Positions 18,540-28,355 of a stretch of 64,000 nucleotides of DNA are shown here, piece after piece. Made by a program: the position numbers and the translations under genes. Location: positions 1,216,001 through 1,280,000 of the forward strand of contig OZ242195.1 of the NCBI GenBank assembly GCA_965205975.1, given 5' to 3'. The notes under the pieces are model-generated. The model saw nothing but the letters and a program-made list of their open reading frames with translations. It was not told the DNA's origin and searched no databases. The DNA is from Candidatus Latescibacterota bacterium (GTDB lineage Bacteria; Latescibacterota; UBA2968). Each line of letters opens with the position of its first letter. Position 1 is the stretch's first letter.

Positions 18540-19304
18540 GTGATTGTATTGCGAACAGATCGAGAGCTGGATTTGATGGTTGAGGCAAACCGCATTGTGG
18601 GGCTGGTGCATCGCACACTCAAGCCGCTTGTCAAGGTGGGAACGACGACCAGAGAACTGGATAGCGTGGCCGAAGATGTGATCCGGTCACACGGCGCAGA
18701 ACCCGCATTTAAGGGCTATAAGGGGTATCCCGCAGCGAGTTGTATTTCTATTAATGAACAGGTTGTACACGGGATCCCCGGATCGCGAAAGCTGGTGGAT
18801 GGCGATATTGTCAGTATTGATATCGGCGTGAAATTGCGAGGCTACTACGGCGACCAGGCGATTACGCGAGTTGTTGGCAATATTTCGGAGCGGGAGAAAG
18901 AGTTACTCAAGGTAACGCGAGAAGCCCTGTTTAAGGGGATCGAGCAAGCTATTGCCGGGAGACGCCTGAGCGATATTTGCGGCGCAGTACAAAATTGGGT
19001 CGAGCAATTTGGTTTTTCTGTTGTACGGCAGTTTGTAGGACATGGCATTGGGCGCAGATTGCACGAAGAACCCGCCGTGCCCAATTATGTTCCCCCAGAG
19101 CGCAACCCGCGTTTGCGAAAGGGGATGGTGCTCGCTATTGAGCCGATGGTCAATTTGGGAACGCATGAAGTTGTGGTGGCAGATGACGGGTGGACGGCAT
19201 CGGCGGCTGATGGGTTGCCTTCGGCGCATTTTGAACATGTGGTGGCAATTACGCGTGGTGAACCCAGGATTTTGACGATGTTTGAGGAAGATATCGATGC
19301 GTAA
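18540..19304 (+). CDS. map: Methionine aminopeptidase type I
   Basis: CISINEQVVHGIP, DIG..GYYGD, GHGIG..HEEP, AIEPM, SAHFEH. Confidence 0.97.
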   Translation: MIVLRTDRELDLMVEANRIVGLVHRTLKPLVKVGTTTRELDSVAEDVIRSHGAEPAFKGYKGYPAASCISINEQVVHGIPGSRKLVDGDIVSIDIGVKLRGYYGDQAITRVVGNISEREKELLKVTREALFKGIEQAIAGRRLSDICGAVQNWVEQFGFSVVRQFVGHGIGRRLHEEPAVPNYVPPERNPRLRKGMVLAIEPMVNLGTHEVVVADDGWTASAADGLPSAHFEHVVAITRGEPRILTMFEEDIDA

Positions 19305-19782
19305 ACCTATTCTCCTATGCGTTCTTATGTGGTTGATGTCTTGTAGTCAACACTATGAGGAAGGGGCGCATCCACCGCCAAAGCCTCCATCTGCTCAGAC
19401 GCCGGCGGCAGATAAAGAGGGACCACAGACATCCGATGCCGTGGTTTCGGGGACGATTCGGTTGGCCGATGGGCTGGACGAGCGCGTTGGGGGCAATGCC
19501 GTGCTATTTGTTATTGCGCGACCTGCCCCTGTTGGCGGACCACCGCTGGCCGTGAAGCGGCTCGACATTTCTGATTTCCCCCTTTCTTACACGCTGACGC
19601 AAGGGGATGCAATGATCGAAATTGATTGGTCTGAGATCGATGCGTTGTACGTTTCTGCAAAAATTGATGCAGACGGACGTGTGGGTGGTTCGACGGCAGG
19701 GGATATGGAGGGGATTTATCCGCAAAATCCCGTTGCACCTGGAGCCGTAGATGTGGATATTTTGATCGATACGGTACATTGA
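19297..19782 (+). CDS. Lipoprotein resembling the CcmI/CycH C-terminal domain
   Basis: Lipobox LMSC; LFVIAR..GGPPLAVKRL..FPLSYTL..AM..SAKIDADG. Confidence 0.6.
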   Translation: MRKPILLCVLMWLMSCSQHYEEGAHPPPKPPSAQTPAADKEGPQTSDAVVSGTIRLADGLDERVGGNAVLFVIARPAPVGGPPLAVKRLDISDFPLSYTLTQGDAMIEIDWSEIDALYVSAKIDADGRVGGSTAGDMEGIYPQNPVAPGAVDVDILIDTVH

Positions 19783-19785
19783 GTT

Positions 19786-21525
19786 ATGAGCTATACGGTG
19801 ATTCACGCGACACACGAAGCGGTTCGCAAGGCCGGTGGTATTGGGACGGTTCTCGATGGCTTGATGACCTCTTCTGTGTACCAGAAAGCTGTGCGGCGAT
19901 CTTTTCTTGTCGGCCCGCTTTCGCGCTCAGAGGATGAAGATCTTCTTGCGGAAAGTGGAGAGATAATTTTTTCGACTATTTCCGGGGTGCAAAATGTGGA
20001 TTGTGCCGACGCTCTCAATCGCATAGCAGAGCGGTACAATGTCAATATCGTTTATGGGATACGCCAATTTACAGGCGGATATGAAGCCGATGTGTTGCTC
20101 GTTGATGCCGAAGATATCAACCCGCGAAAGTCCCGCAATTTTAAATACAATCTCTACCGGCATTTTGGCCTTACATCTGACCGATACGATGCGATTGCGG
20201 ATTACGCGCTGTATATCGACAGTGCAGAGGCTATTTACGACGCTGTTATCGCGCTGATAGGAGAGGCAGCCGGGCCGCATATTGTGCTGTCCCATGAGTA
20301 TATGGGCATGCCTATCGCACTTAAAACTATTATGGAAAATGATCCGCGCTTTTGGGCGATTTTTTACGCACATGAAGTTTCTGCAATGCGCGGGATCACA
20401 GAGGGGAACTCGGGGCATGACGTGATGTTTTACAACGCGATGGCGCAGGCACTTGCGCGGGACGAAGTGGTTGAGGATGTATTTGGAGATCAGTCCGGTT
20501 ATTATCGGCACGCGTTGGTTCAATTGGCGTCGCACTGCGATGGTATTTTTGCTGTGGGTGATCCAACGTTTGATGAACTTCAGTTTATAGGGTTTGAGGC
20601 ACAGGCGATAGATCTGGTTTACAATGGGATTCCATCTGTGCAGATTTCTTATGCAGAGAAATTACAGTCTCGCACGCGCTTACGGGATTACGCGCAGAAT
20701 TTGCTCGGATATAAGCCAGATGTGGTGGTGACTCATGTCACGCGCCCGGTGATTAGCAAAGGATTGTGGCGGGATTTACTCGTGTTGGCACATCTCGATA
20801 AGTTATTGGGGGATAAGGGACAGACAGGCGTGTTTTTTGTGCTTACAACGGCTGCAGAACAGCGGAGTTCGCAAGATGTCGAGATTATGGAATCCGAATA
20901 TGGCTGGCCGGTTTACCATGAGATAGGGGCTCCCGATCTGGTTTCAAATGAGGTGGATATCTGGCGGGATATGGAAATGTTTAACCGCGAGTCTGTTGCC
21001 ATTCAAGCGATTTTGGTCAATCAGTTTGGATGGGATCGGGCAAGTTGCGGGCAACGCATGCCGCAGGATATGGCGTTTGTGGATTTGCGCCGGGGCACGG
21101 ATATCGAATTTGGACAATCGATTTACGAGCCGTTTGGCATTGCCGTGCTCGAGCCTCTGACTTTTGGCGGGTTGTGCGTACCGAGTAGTGTGTGCGGGTG
21201 TTGCGGATTTTTGGATCGCGTAACACAAGAAAAACCGAATTCTCTCGTCGTCGTGGCCGATTATACGGCGGATGTAGCATTGGAGAGTGCCGCGTCTGCC
21301 CGTGTGATAGGCGAGTATGAACGCCGCATTCAGGAAGGCAAAGTAGCAGAAAAAGTCGCGTGGGATATCGCAGATGCGTTGCCATCATCGGATAGAGAAC
21401 GCGAAGCGCGATTGCATTCGGGTTACAAGTTAGCTGCACAAATGAGCTGGGATCGCGTGTGCGAAGCATTTTTTTTCCCCGGTATAGAACGCGCGATTTC
21501 CCGTCGATCACAACGAAACGTTTGA
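19786..21525 (+). CDS. Glycogen synthase-like (GT3-type) glycosyltransferase
   Basis: EAVRKAGGIGTV and SIYEPFG resemble GT3 motifs EVANKVGGIYTV and SYYEPWG. Confidence 0.7.
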   Translation: MSYTVIHATHEAVRKAGGIGTVLDGLMTSSVYQKAVRRSFLVGPLSRSEDEDLLAESGEIIFSTISGVQNVDCADALNRIAERYNVNIVYGIRQFTGGYEADVLLVDAEDINPRKSRNFKYNLYRHFGLTSDRYDAIADYALYIDSAEAIYDAVIALIGEAAGPHIVLSHEYMGMPIALKTIMENDPRFWAIFYAHEVSAMRGITEGNSGHDVMFYNAMAQALARDEVVEDVFGDQSGYYRHALVQLASHCDGIFAVGDPTFDELQFIGFEAQAIDLVYNGIPSVQISYAEKLQSRTRLRDYAQNLLGYKPDVVVTHVTRPVISKGLWRDLLVLAHLDKLLGDKGQTGVFFVLTTAAEQRSSQDVEIMESEYGWPVYHEIGAPDLVSNEVDIWRDMEMFNRESVAIQAILVNQFGWDRASCGQRMPQDMAFVDLRRGTDIEFGQSIYEPFGIAVLEPLTFGGLCVPSSVCGCCGFLDRVTQEKPNSLVVVADYTADVALESAASARVIGEYERRIQEGKVAEKVAWDIADALPSSDREREARLHSGYKLAAQMSWDRVCEAFFFPGIERAISRRSQRNV

Positions 21526-21566
21526 TGCTTTGAAGCGTGTAAAGAGCTGACTACTATTTTATCCAT

Positions 21567-22754
21567 ATGAGAAATAATATGATGAGAAAACGATTTTTAC
21601 TGATTTTGGGGGTCGTAACATGTCTCATCGGTTGCAACACCGAAAAGCGCAACCCATTGGGCGAGGGCTTTGTTGGACGCGATCCCGGCGATACGGTCGT
21701 ATTGCCCGCTGTTCCGCTAACGTCGGCACGGTCCTTTCATTCTCTAATTTTTCCCACTGTGATGGGGGAACAAGAGGAATTGCTGGTCGGGCAGATGAAT
21801 GGGTTTTTGCTGCGGAGCCTGTTGCGTTTTAATGTGCCAGATGAGTTTTCCGGCGGTGTGCCATCGGGGTTGACGATTGATTCCCTGCGCATCAATCTGG
21901 GTATTCGGTCGGCGCGATTGGTCGAAAATACGTCGCTGATTGTATTGCGGCCCGATTCGCCGTGGGAAGAACTTCAAACCTATGTCGATACGCTCTCGCT
22001 GGTCGAGACCGAGGTGCTTGCAACGCCAATCCCCGATGCTGTGGCGCAGGTGTTTGCCGATCGCGTTCGGATCGATTTGCCAGTGTCACTCTTAAAGGAT
22101 GCGATAGAATCAAGTTCTCTATCTATGGAAATTTTGTTGCAACCCGATGGGGAGATGCCTTTTTTATTAGATATTTTTGCACGCGAAGCTAATATTCTTC
22201 GTGCAGATGCGCCGATTCCCGAATTGGAGGCGGTGTATCGGGTGGGAGATGTGACAGAGCGTGTAGCTGTTCAGACCGATGCAGACACCTATTGGAGTGC
22301 GCGGACCAATGGCGGTCCGCCAGAAAATCTGGTGATTCTTTCCGAGGGTTTGTTTTACGGCAGTGTCCTGAATTTCGATCTGCCCAATATCCCGCCAGGT
22401 GCGACGATCAATTCGGCTAAATTGCAATTGGATATCGATCTGGATCGTTCCTATTTTTCATCTTTTCCCTTTGAAGTATATGGCCTGACAATTGCAGAAG
22501 GAGATACCTCATTTACGCGGTATAATGAGCGGTTGCTTATCGAACCTACGACAACGACTTACACAATTAATCACACTTTGATTCAGGCCTGGATATCTGG
22601 TGCGCGATTAAATCATGGGTTGGCACTTTCGCCTCTCAATTTTACTTCTTCAACAGGTTTACCCGCGCTCTTAAATTCGCCCCCGCTCATCCGATGGCTT
22701 GTGTTGAAAGATGTGCGTTTGAACCTTATTTACTCTCTTCCTCCGGAATTGTAA
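21567..22754 (+). CDS. Lipoprotein of unknown function (DUF4270-like)
   Basis: Lipobox LIGC, NPLG, LLVG..RSLLRF, ATINSAKLQL; position after glycogen synthase. Confidence 0.55.
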   Translation: MRNNMMRKRFLLILGVVTCLIGCNTEKRNPLGEGFVGRDPGDTVVLPAVPLTSARSFHSLIFPTVMGEQEELLVGQMNGFLLRSLLRFNVPDEFSGGVPSGLTIDSLRINLGIRSARLVENTSLIVLRPDSPWEELQTYVDTLSLVETEVLATPIPDAVAQVFADRVRIDLPVSLLKDAIESSSLSMEILLQPDGEMPFLLDIFAREANILRADAPIPELEAVYRVGDVTERVAVQTDADTYWSARTNGGPPENLVILSEGLFYGSVLNFDLPNIPPGATINSAKLQLDIDLDRSYFSSFPFEVYGLTIAEGDTSFTRYNERLLIEPTTTTYTINHTLIQAWISGARLNHGLALSPLNFTSSTGLPALLNSPPLIRWLVLKDVRLNLIYSLPPEL

Positions 22755-22755
22755 T

Positions 22756-23919
22756 ATGATGCGAATAATTCTCGCTTTGGGTTTTATTTTTGCGCTGGTG
22801 CTGCCGGCTTGCGCCAATACAATTTTTTCTTTTTACGGTGTTGGCGATCCAGTCAGACGCGTCGATGCGCGGTCTCGAAGTATGGGGGGCGGTGGTCGGG
22901 CGCTGGCCGATGGGCTAAATTTTTCATCCCACAATCCCGCATTATTGGGGGCTTTCCGCAGGGCGTCCGTGAGTCTGCAATTTATGGCTCAGCACCGATT
23001 TTTGAATGGCGAAAGCATCGTAAATGACGGGGATATTGGGGCTTTTCAGATCGCGCTACCTATGAGCCGTGGTCCTGTTTTGGGTGTGGGACTTGAACCG
23101 CTTACCGATATGGATTTCGGAGCAATAGAAGATCGCGGCACGGGTGATTTGAAGTATCAGCTGGAGGTGGAAGCGACTGGGGGGATCCAGGCAATTTCTC
23201 TGGGGCTGGGGCATCGGATCGGGCGCAGAATTTTTGTAGGAGGGCGTATAAATTGGGTAGCTATGGGAACATTTAACGAGTCCTGGATCAAGAATTTCGA
23301 CAATGAGACGGTCTTCTTTTCTCACGACAAAATTACGCGTACCCACCGTGGATGGCTGCCTTCATTTGGTATTATCTATACTCCCACTTCGCAGTGGAGC
23401 CTGGGCGCGAATGTCGATATTGGAGGCAGTATCAAGCAGCGTCAGTTTCAAAGAAATCGTTTTGTAGAACAGCGCGAAGCTGTTGAGGTCGAGACGGAAA
23501 GCGATGTGGAATTTCCCCGAGAACTTGGGGTAGGGATAACGTATCTGGCTGGCTATCGCTGGCTGGCGTCGGTCGATGTTTCTCGAGGGCTGTGGCGCGC
23601 GACAGGGGATGGACGTTTTGATACGTGGGATGTGAGTGCCGGGATGTTGTGGCGCACGGGAAGTCCCGATGTGCTGGTGCGGAGCCGGCGCTTTGAACTC
23701 GGCGCGGGTTTTCATTATCGGTCACTTTATTTTCCAACGGCCTCTAATAGCCAGATTGACGAATTGGGCGCCAGCTTTGGTGTGGCGTTACCATTTGTAA
23801 ATAATAGCGGTCATTTTCGCTATGTACTCGAGGCGGGAAGGCGCGGTGATCGGTCAAAACACGGTGCGTCAGAACGGTTTATTCAGCACTCTTTTTCCGT
23901 GGTCGGTTTTGTAAGATAG
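22756..23919 (+). CDS. Outer-membrane beta-barrel protein (FadL/PorV-like)
   Basis: Signal peptide, FSFYGVGD..ARSRSMGG..NPALL, amphipathic beta strands. Confidence 0.7.
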   Translation: MMRIILALGFIFALVLPACANTIFSFYGVGDPVRRVDARSRSMGGGGRALADGLNFSSHNPALLGAFRRASVSLQFMAQHRFLNGESIVNDGDIGAFQIALPMSRGPVLGVGLEPLTDMDFGAIEDRGTGDLKYQLEVEATGGIQAISLGLGHRIGRRIFVGGRINWVAMGTFNESWIKNFDNETVFFSHDKITRTHRGWLPSFGIIYTPTSQWSLGANVDIGGSIKQRQFQRNRFVEQREAVEVETESDVEFPRELGVGITYLAGYRWLASVDVSRGLWRATGDGRFDTWDVSAGMLWRTGSPDVLVRSRRFELGAGFHYRSLYFPTASNSQIDELGASFGVALPFVNNSGHFRYVLEAGRRGDRSKHGASERFIQHSFSVVGFVR

Positions 23920-23935
23920 TTTGCGGCTGGACAGT

Positions 23936-25126
23936 TCAAACGGCCTGTGTTCGGCGCGCAAGCGCTCGGATGCGGCCGTTTTTGATTTTTTGAGCGATTT
24001 GATTGACTAAAAGGTACAGAAGGTGCAGACCAATCCCCGTGAAAATAAAGTACAGGGGTGCGGTTTCGTGGGCAATGGATTCAAAGCAGACGATTGCAAG
24101 GAGGCCCTGTGATAATAGTGGAAGCCAGGCTTGAACGGGTTGTGACGTGAGGCGACTACATAGCAGACCTCCGGCAATCTTGCCCAGAATCAAGGCTGTA
24201 ATCAGGGGAAAAAAATGAGAAGGCGCAGAAGGCATTTGCCAGTCTAAAATAAGGCCACTAACATAGTGTGCGAGGGCAAAAGCTATTAGTGCTTCCGCTT
24301 TGGGTGGGCGGATATTAGGTCTCAGTCCGAGTTTGGTGCGCAAGGATAATGCAAGCCCTACAGCCCAAGATAAAATAAGAGGCTGAACCCAAACGTGCCA
24401 CGAAGCAAGTGCGATCAGGAATGACAGGGCAAACCAACTCGTAAACTGGCCTGTAGGGGTGTGGATATGTCGCAGCCAGCGATGCACGAGTTCAATGCCA
24501 ATAACTCCGATCAAAACGGCCAGTGCTATATCCGCGGCCAGATTCAGAAAGGAATCGAACCCGTCGTTCAGGATGAATTCTACGCCAAAAATAAGTCCTG
24601 TTAAAAAAAGCGAACAGAGACCGATTGCAGTAACGCATAAAGAAAAAGGCCAGGTGTCTCGCAGGTTGTGTTCTGCGCGGTCTAAAAATATGGGGGCCGG
24701 GATACCCGATAGGATGGCGAGTTGCAAGGTAGTGACCAGGTGAAGGTCGAAGAAGATGAGCACGAAGAAGGTCGTAAGAACGGGTGCAGCATATAGATAA
24801 AGACTGCCCGTAAGCAAACGCCGATTTGTAAAAATAGAGCGGGAGAGCGATGTGCCTAAATAAAGACCAATCCAGGCCATCGCGATATCTGCGAAGGGTT
24901 TTATGCTTTGATGGCTGTCAGCGGTTGTAATAGGTGCGAAGCCAATGGCGAGACCCGCTGCAATTATGCCCAGGACATCTGGCAATTTGGCACGCTGAGC
25001 CAGTCGCGCACCCACGATAGAGGCCGTCAGGAGGAATCCGACCCAGACCATTTCGGGAGGTGATTGAAGTAGCCAGATCAGGATACCGATACCAAGTGTA
25101 ATACACAGAAGGCGCATGGGAATCAT
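23936..25126 (-). CDS. Cation:proton antiporter-like membrane protein
   Basis: Many TMs; KLPDVLGIIAAGLAIG, LGKIAG, LLSQG. Confidence 0.6.
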   Translation of the reverse strand: MIPMRLLCITLGIGILIWLLQSPPEMVWVGFLLTASIVGARLAQRAKLPDVLGIIAAGLAIGFAPITTADSHQSIKPFADIAMAWIGLYLGTSLSRSIFTNRRLLTGSLYLYAAPVLTTFFVLIFFDLHLVTTLQLAILSGIPAPIFLDRAEHNLRDTWPFSLCVTAIGLCSLFLTGLIFGVEFILNDGFDSFLNLAADIALAVLIGVIGIELVHRWLRHIHTPTGQFTSWFALSFLIALASWHVWVQPLILSWAVGLALSLRTKLGLRPNIRPPKAEALIAFALAHYVSGLILDWQMPSAPSHFFPLITALILGKIAGGLLCSRLTSQPVQAWLPLLSQGLLAIVCFESIAHETAPLYFIFTGIGLHLLYLLVNQIAQKIKNGRIRALARRTQAV

Positions 25127-25127
25127 C

Positions 25128-26345
25128 TCAAGTATGAGATTGCGGCGAATTTGCGGGTGGAATAAGTATTATTTGACTTAAAAAAACGGCAATCACGAGG
25201 CCCGTAATGAGTGTATAGTGCTGAAAGTCGAGGAGGTAAATGGCCTGTACGCCAACAGCGATACTCAGCGTGCCTTGAGGATGCCAACTCAGGGCAAGCA
25301 ATTCGCGCCAGGTCTGCGGTATTTGCCAGAGAGTTTGGGAGACTGTAAAACCGATTGTACGGCCCATTCCACGCACGAGTATCATTGTGAGGCCAAGTGG
25401 AAAAAGAGGTGACCAGAGAAAAAATATATCACCACCAAATTCCCCTATTATTGAGCCGATCAGAGCAAAAAAGATTGGCTCAATCACGTCATTGGCGCGT
25501 GTTGTAAATTCGACGACCTCGCGTTTTGCCACGGTTGTGTTAATCAGCCAGATACCCGACAGAAATCCCACAGCAAGGGATGGCAGGCCCGGTGCCTGGC
25601 ACAAACCAGAAAGGGCGATCACAATGCCCAGAACGAGACTCAGTGCACGAGCACCCGTGCGGTGGCTGCGAAATGAAAAATCAAGCGCGATGCCTCCGAC
25701 CGCGCCTGCGCCGAGCATGAGCAGTGCAATACCAACTGTGCCTATAAATGGCAAGTTTCCCAAATAAAAAATGGAATTTTCTGCAAGCGGAGGGAAAGCG
25801 AGACACAACACAGCCATGGCCGCGATATTGCCAAGTGGCAGATTTTGCACCGGCACCGGATTTGGTATAGGGCGGTTGGGCCATTGAAAAAACGGGGTGG
25901 GAAAACGTGCAGTAAGAGCGAAACTGGTGAGCAGGACGATGGCGAGGGGTAAATTTTGGAGCAAGCCGAGGTAGCGATAAAGTATCAGACCACTGGCGAA
26001 GGCCGCAAGGACAGTGAATCCGCCTGTGGCGAGTACTACGGCTGTTTGTGAGTAAATCACTGAGGTGCCGTGGTCTCGCAGATTCTGAAGATCTGTTGAC
26101 AGGCCTGTTTGCAGGCCAATCCACAGTAAAATAGCACCGATGCAATTGTACCGCACCATTTCAAACAGGTGAAAGACCTCATTGGTTTTGGGAAAAAACA
26201 TCCCGATGAGAACACCGAGGAGCAAATAATGTACTTTGCCTATTCGCAGACTATCTATCAGCGGATGTGGCGGCATCCACCGAAAAATTTTTTGGCCGAA
26301 AAAAAAAGCACCAAAACCGACAATTAGGCTGAAAATAAAGGCCAT
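25128..26345 (-). CDS. Cation:proton antiporter-like membrane protein
   Basis: Many TMs; YLLLGVLIG, EPIFFALIG, LVRGMGR, PQGTLSIA. Confidence 0.65.
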   Translation of the reverse strand: MAFIFSLIVGFGAFFFGQKIFRWMPPHPLIDSLRIGKVHYLLLGVLIGMFFPKTNEVFHLFEMVRYNCIGAILLWIGLQTGLSTDLQNLRDHGTSVIYSQTAVVLATGGFTVLAAFASGLILYRYLGLLQNLPLAIVLLTSFALTARFPTPFFQWPNRPIPNPVPVQNLPLGNIAAMAVLCLAFPPLAENSIFYLGNLPFIGTVGIALLMLGAGAVGGIALDFSFRSHRTGARALSLVLGIVIALSGLCQAPGLPSLAVGFLSGIWLINTTVAKREVVEFTTRANDVIEPIFFALIGSIIGEFGGDIFFLWSPLFPLGLTMILVRGMGRTIGFTVSQTLWQIPQTWRELLALSWHPQGTLSIAVGVQAIYLLDFQHYTLITGLVIAVFLSQIILIPPANSPQSHT

Positions 26346-26444
26346 AAAATGCCTGCACTTTAGGGATAACAGATGTCGTCTTTACCGCGGTGGATTATAC
26401 TTTTTTCCAAAGTTTGGGTCAAGGACGAAGTTGACGCCCCACGC

Positions 26445-26473
26445 TTGACAGTCGTTAAAATATAGTGTATAGT
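26445..26473 (+). promoter_or_regulatory. sigma70 promoter of rsbW-like/hpf/hprK operon
   Basis: TTGACA(26445)-17 nt-TATAGT(26468). Confidence 0.65.
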
Positions 26474-26592
26474 CAAGATTGAGTTGTATATAGATGGGAT
26501 TTGAGAGAGCCCCTTCCCCATAGTTCTGCTAATGTTGTGCTGTGTGTAGGGGCGGATGGCCGGGTACTCATAGCACAAATTCTGGAGATCCT

Positions 26593-27039
26593 ATGTCCAA
26601 TTCATTACCTCAGGTGCTAATGCACAGTGCCCCAAGTTTGTACGAGCATCTCGACGCATTTGCCCAAGTTGTTGAGTCGGCTATTCGCATATCCAGTGCT
26701 TCAGAAGATGAGCAAGTCGATCTAATGGTTGCAGTCATGGAAGCTCTCAATAATGCGATTGACCATGGCAATGGTGTAGATGCTTCTAAGAAAGTACATC
26801 TCAAGATCGATATCCAACCCGCGTTCATCACGGTCTGGGTACAAGATGAGGGGCGAGGTTTTGATCCCAATGCAGCACTTGACCCGCTTGCGCCAGAGAA
26901 TCTAATGAATGATTCTGGGCGCGGGCTTTTGATGATGCGTGCATTTATGGATGAGGTGGATTTTATGCCCTCTCAGAAGGGCACATTGGTTAAAATGATC
27001 AAGTATTTTTCCTCTAAATCGTCACCATCTCACTGTTGA
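26593..27039 (+). CDS. RsbW-like anti-sigma factor / Ser-Thr kinase (HATPase_c)
   Basis: EALNNAIDHGN, DEGRGFD, GRGLLMMRAFMDEV. Confidence 0.88.
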   Translation: MSNSLPQVLMHSAPSLYEHLDAFAQVVESAIRISSASEDEQVDLMVAVMEALNNAIDHGNGVDASKKVHLKIDIQPAFITVWVQDEGRGFDPNAALDPLAPENLMNDSGRGLLMMRAFMDEVDFMPSQKGTLVKMIKYFSSKSSPSHC

Positions 27040-27050
27040 GGAGGATGCCC

Positions 27051-27368
27051 ATGCAAATTCTCATTTCTGGACGTCATTACCATGTCTCGGACAGCACGCG
27101 TACCCATATTGAAGCTGCTGTCTCTCGGTTTGAGCGATTTTACACGCCAGTACTGGGTTGTCATATCACCATTACAAAAGAGGAGCCTGCATTTCGCGTT
27201 GATATTATTGTCAATGTGCATGGTCAAACCCTCAAAGCTTCCAATACTGGTAATAAACTCTTTCCCGTTATTGATGGTTCGGCAAAGAAGATGATTCGAC
27301 AATTAAAGAAACTTCGCGACCGACGTAGAAAACCTCGCGTTATTTCTGAACCTGAGATTGAGGCATAA
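27051..27368 (+). CDS. hpf: Ribosome hibernation promoting factor (short HPF/RaiA)
   Basis: MQILISGRH..KMIRQLKKLRD; adjacent to hprK. Confidence 0.85.
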   Translation: MQILISGRHYHVSDSTRTHIEAAVSRFERFYTPVLGCHITITKEEPAFRVDIIVNVHGQTLKASNTGNKLFPVIDGSAKKMIRQLKKLRDRRRKPRVISEPEIEA

Positions 27369-27371
27369 GCC

Positions 27372-28340
27372 GTGCCACAGATTTCTATTGGTAAGATGTT
27401 AGAGGATTATGGCGACCAACTCTCGCTATCGTCCATTGCTGGGGAGCGGGGAATTAGCAATACACTATCTACCAGCGATGTCCATCGGCCAGGTCTCGCA
27501 CTTGCGGGTTTCCTCGGTCTTTTTACTTTTGACCGCGTTCAGGTTATGGGCAATACGGAGATGCTATATCTGTCGAGCCTTGATCCCGATATATGTCGCC
27601 ACACTCTTGAAACCATTTTTCAGTTTGATATTCCCTGTATGGTTATTACAGACGGCAATGAAGTGCTGCCCGTGATGGTCGAATTGTCCAATGCGCGGCA
27701 AATTCCCCTGCTGACTACACCGTTTGCAACGACCAAGTTTGCCCACCTTTTTTCTCATTATCTCGACGATGTGTTTGCACCGCGAACGGCCATCCACGGT
27801 TCTCTGGTTGATGTGTATGGCATTGGGCTGTTATTTGTCGGTGCAAGTGGGATTGGAAAAAGTGAAATTGCCGTTGATCTCGTTGAACGCGGGCATCGAT
27901 TGGTCGCGGATGATGTCGTACTCGTGTCGCGCAAGTTACAAGGCATAATTGTAGGCAGCAGTGGGGAAACACTGCGCGATCATATAGAAATACGCGGTCT
28001 TGGCATTTTGAATGTCCGCAATATGTTTGGTGTGCGTGCCGTTCGTCTGCAGAAGCGCATTGAGGTTGTTGTCAAGCTCATTAAATGGGATGAGACCGCG
28101 GCGTATGATCGCATTGGACTCGATGAGGATTGGATCTCGATTCTGGACCTCGAAGTGCCACAGGTTACAGTGCCGATCTATCCTGGGAAAAATATTACGG
28201 TGATTGCAGAGACGATTGCCCTGAATTATCAACTCAAAATACAAGGCTATCACACGGCGCAAGAATTCAATCGCCGCCTGGTTGAGCGCATGAAAAACAA
28301 AATCCAGGATGATATGTCTATCCGCGCGGATATCGAGTAA
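27372..28340 (+). CDS. hprK: HPr kinase/phosphorylase
   Basis: RPGLALAG, GASGIGKSE, GHRLVADD, EIRGLGI. Confidence 0.97.
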   Translation: MPQISIGKMLEDYGDQLSLSSIAGERGISNTLSTSDVHRPGLALAGFLGLFTFDRVQVMGNTEMLYLSSLDPDICRHTLETIFQFDIPCMVITDGNEVLPVMVELSNARQIPLLTTPFATTKFAHLFSHYLDDVFAPRTAIHGSLVDVYGIGLLFVGASGIGKSEIAVDLVERGHRLVADDVVLVSRKLQGIIVGSSGETLRDHIEIRGLGILNVRNMFGVRAVRLQKRIEVVVKLIKWDETAAYDRIGLDEDWISILDLEVPQVTVPIYPGKNITVIAETIALNYQLKIQGYHTAQEFNRRLVERMKNKIQDDMSIRADIE

Positions 28341-28355
28341 TTTATGGAGGTTTAA

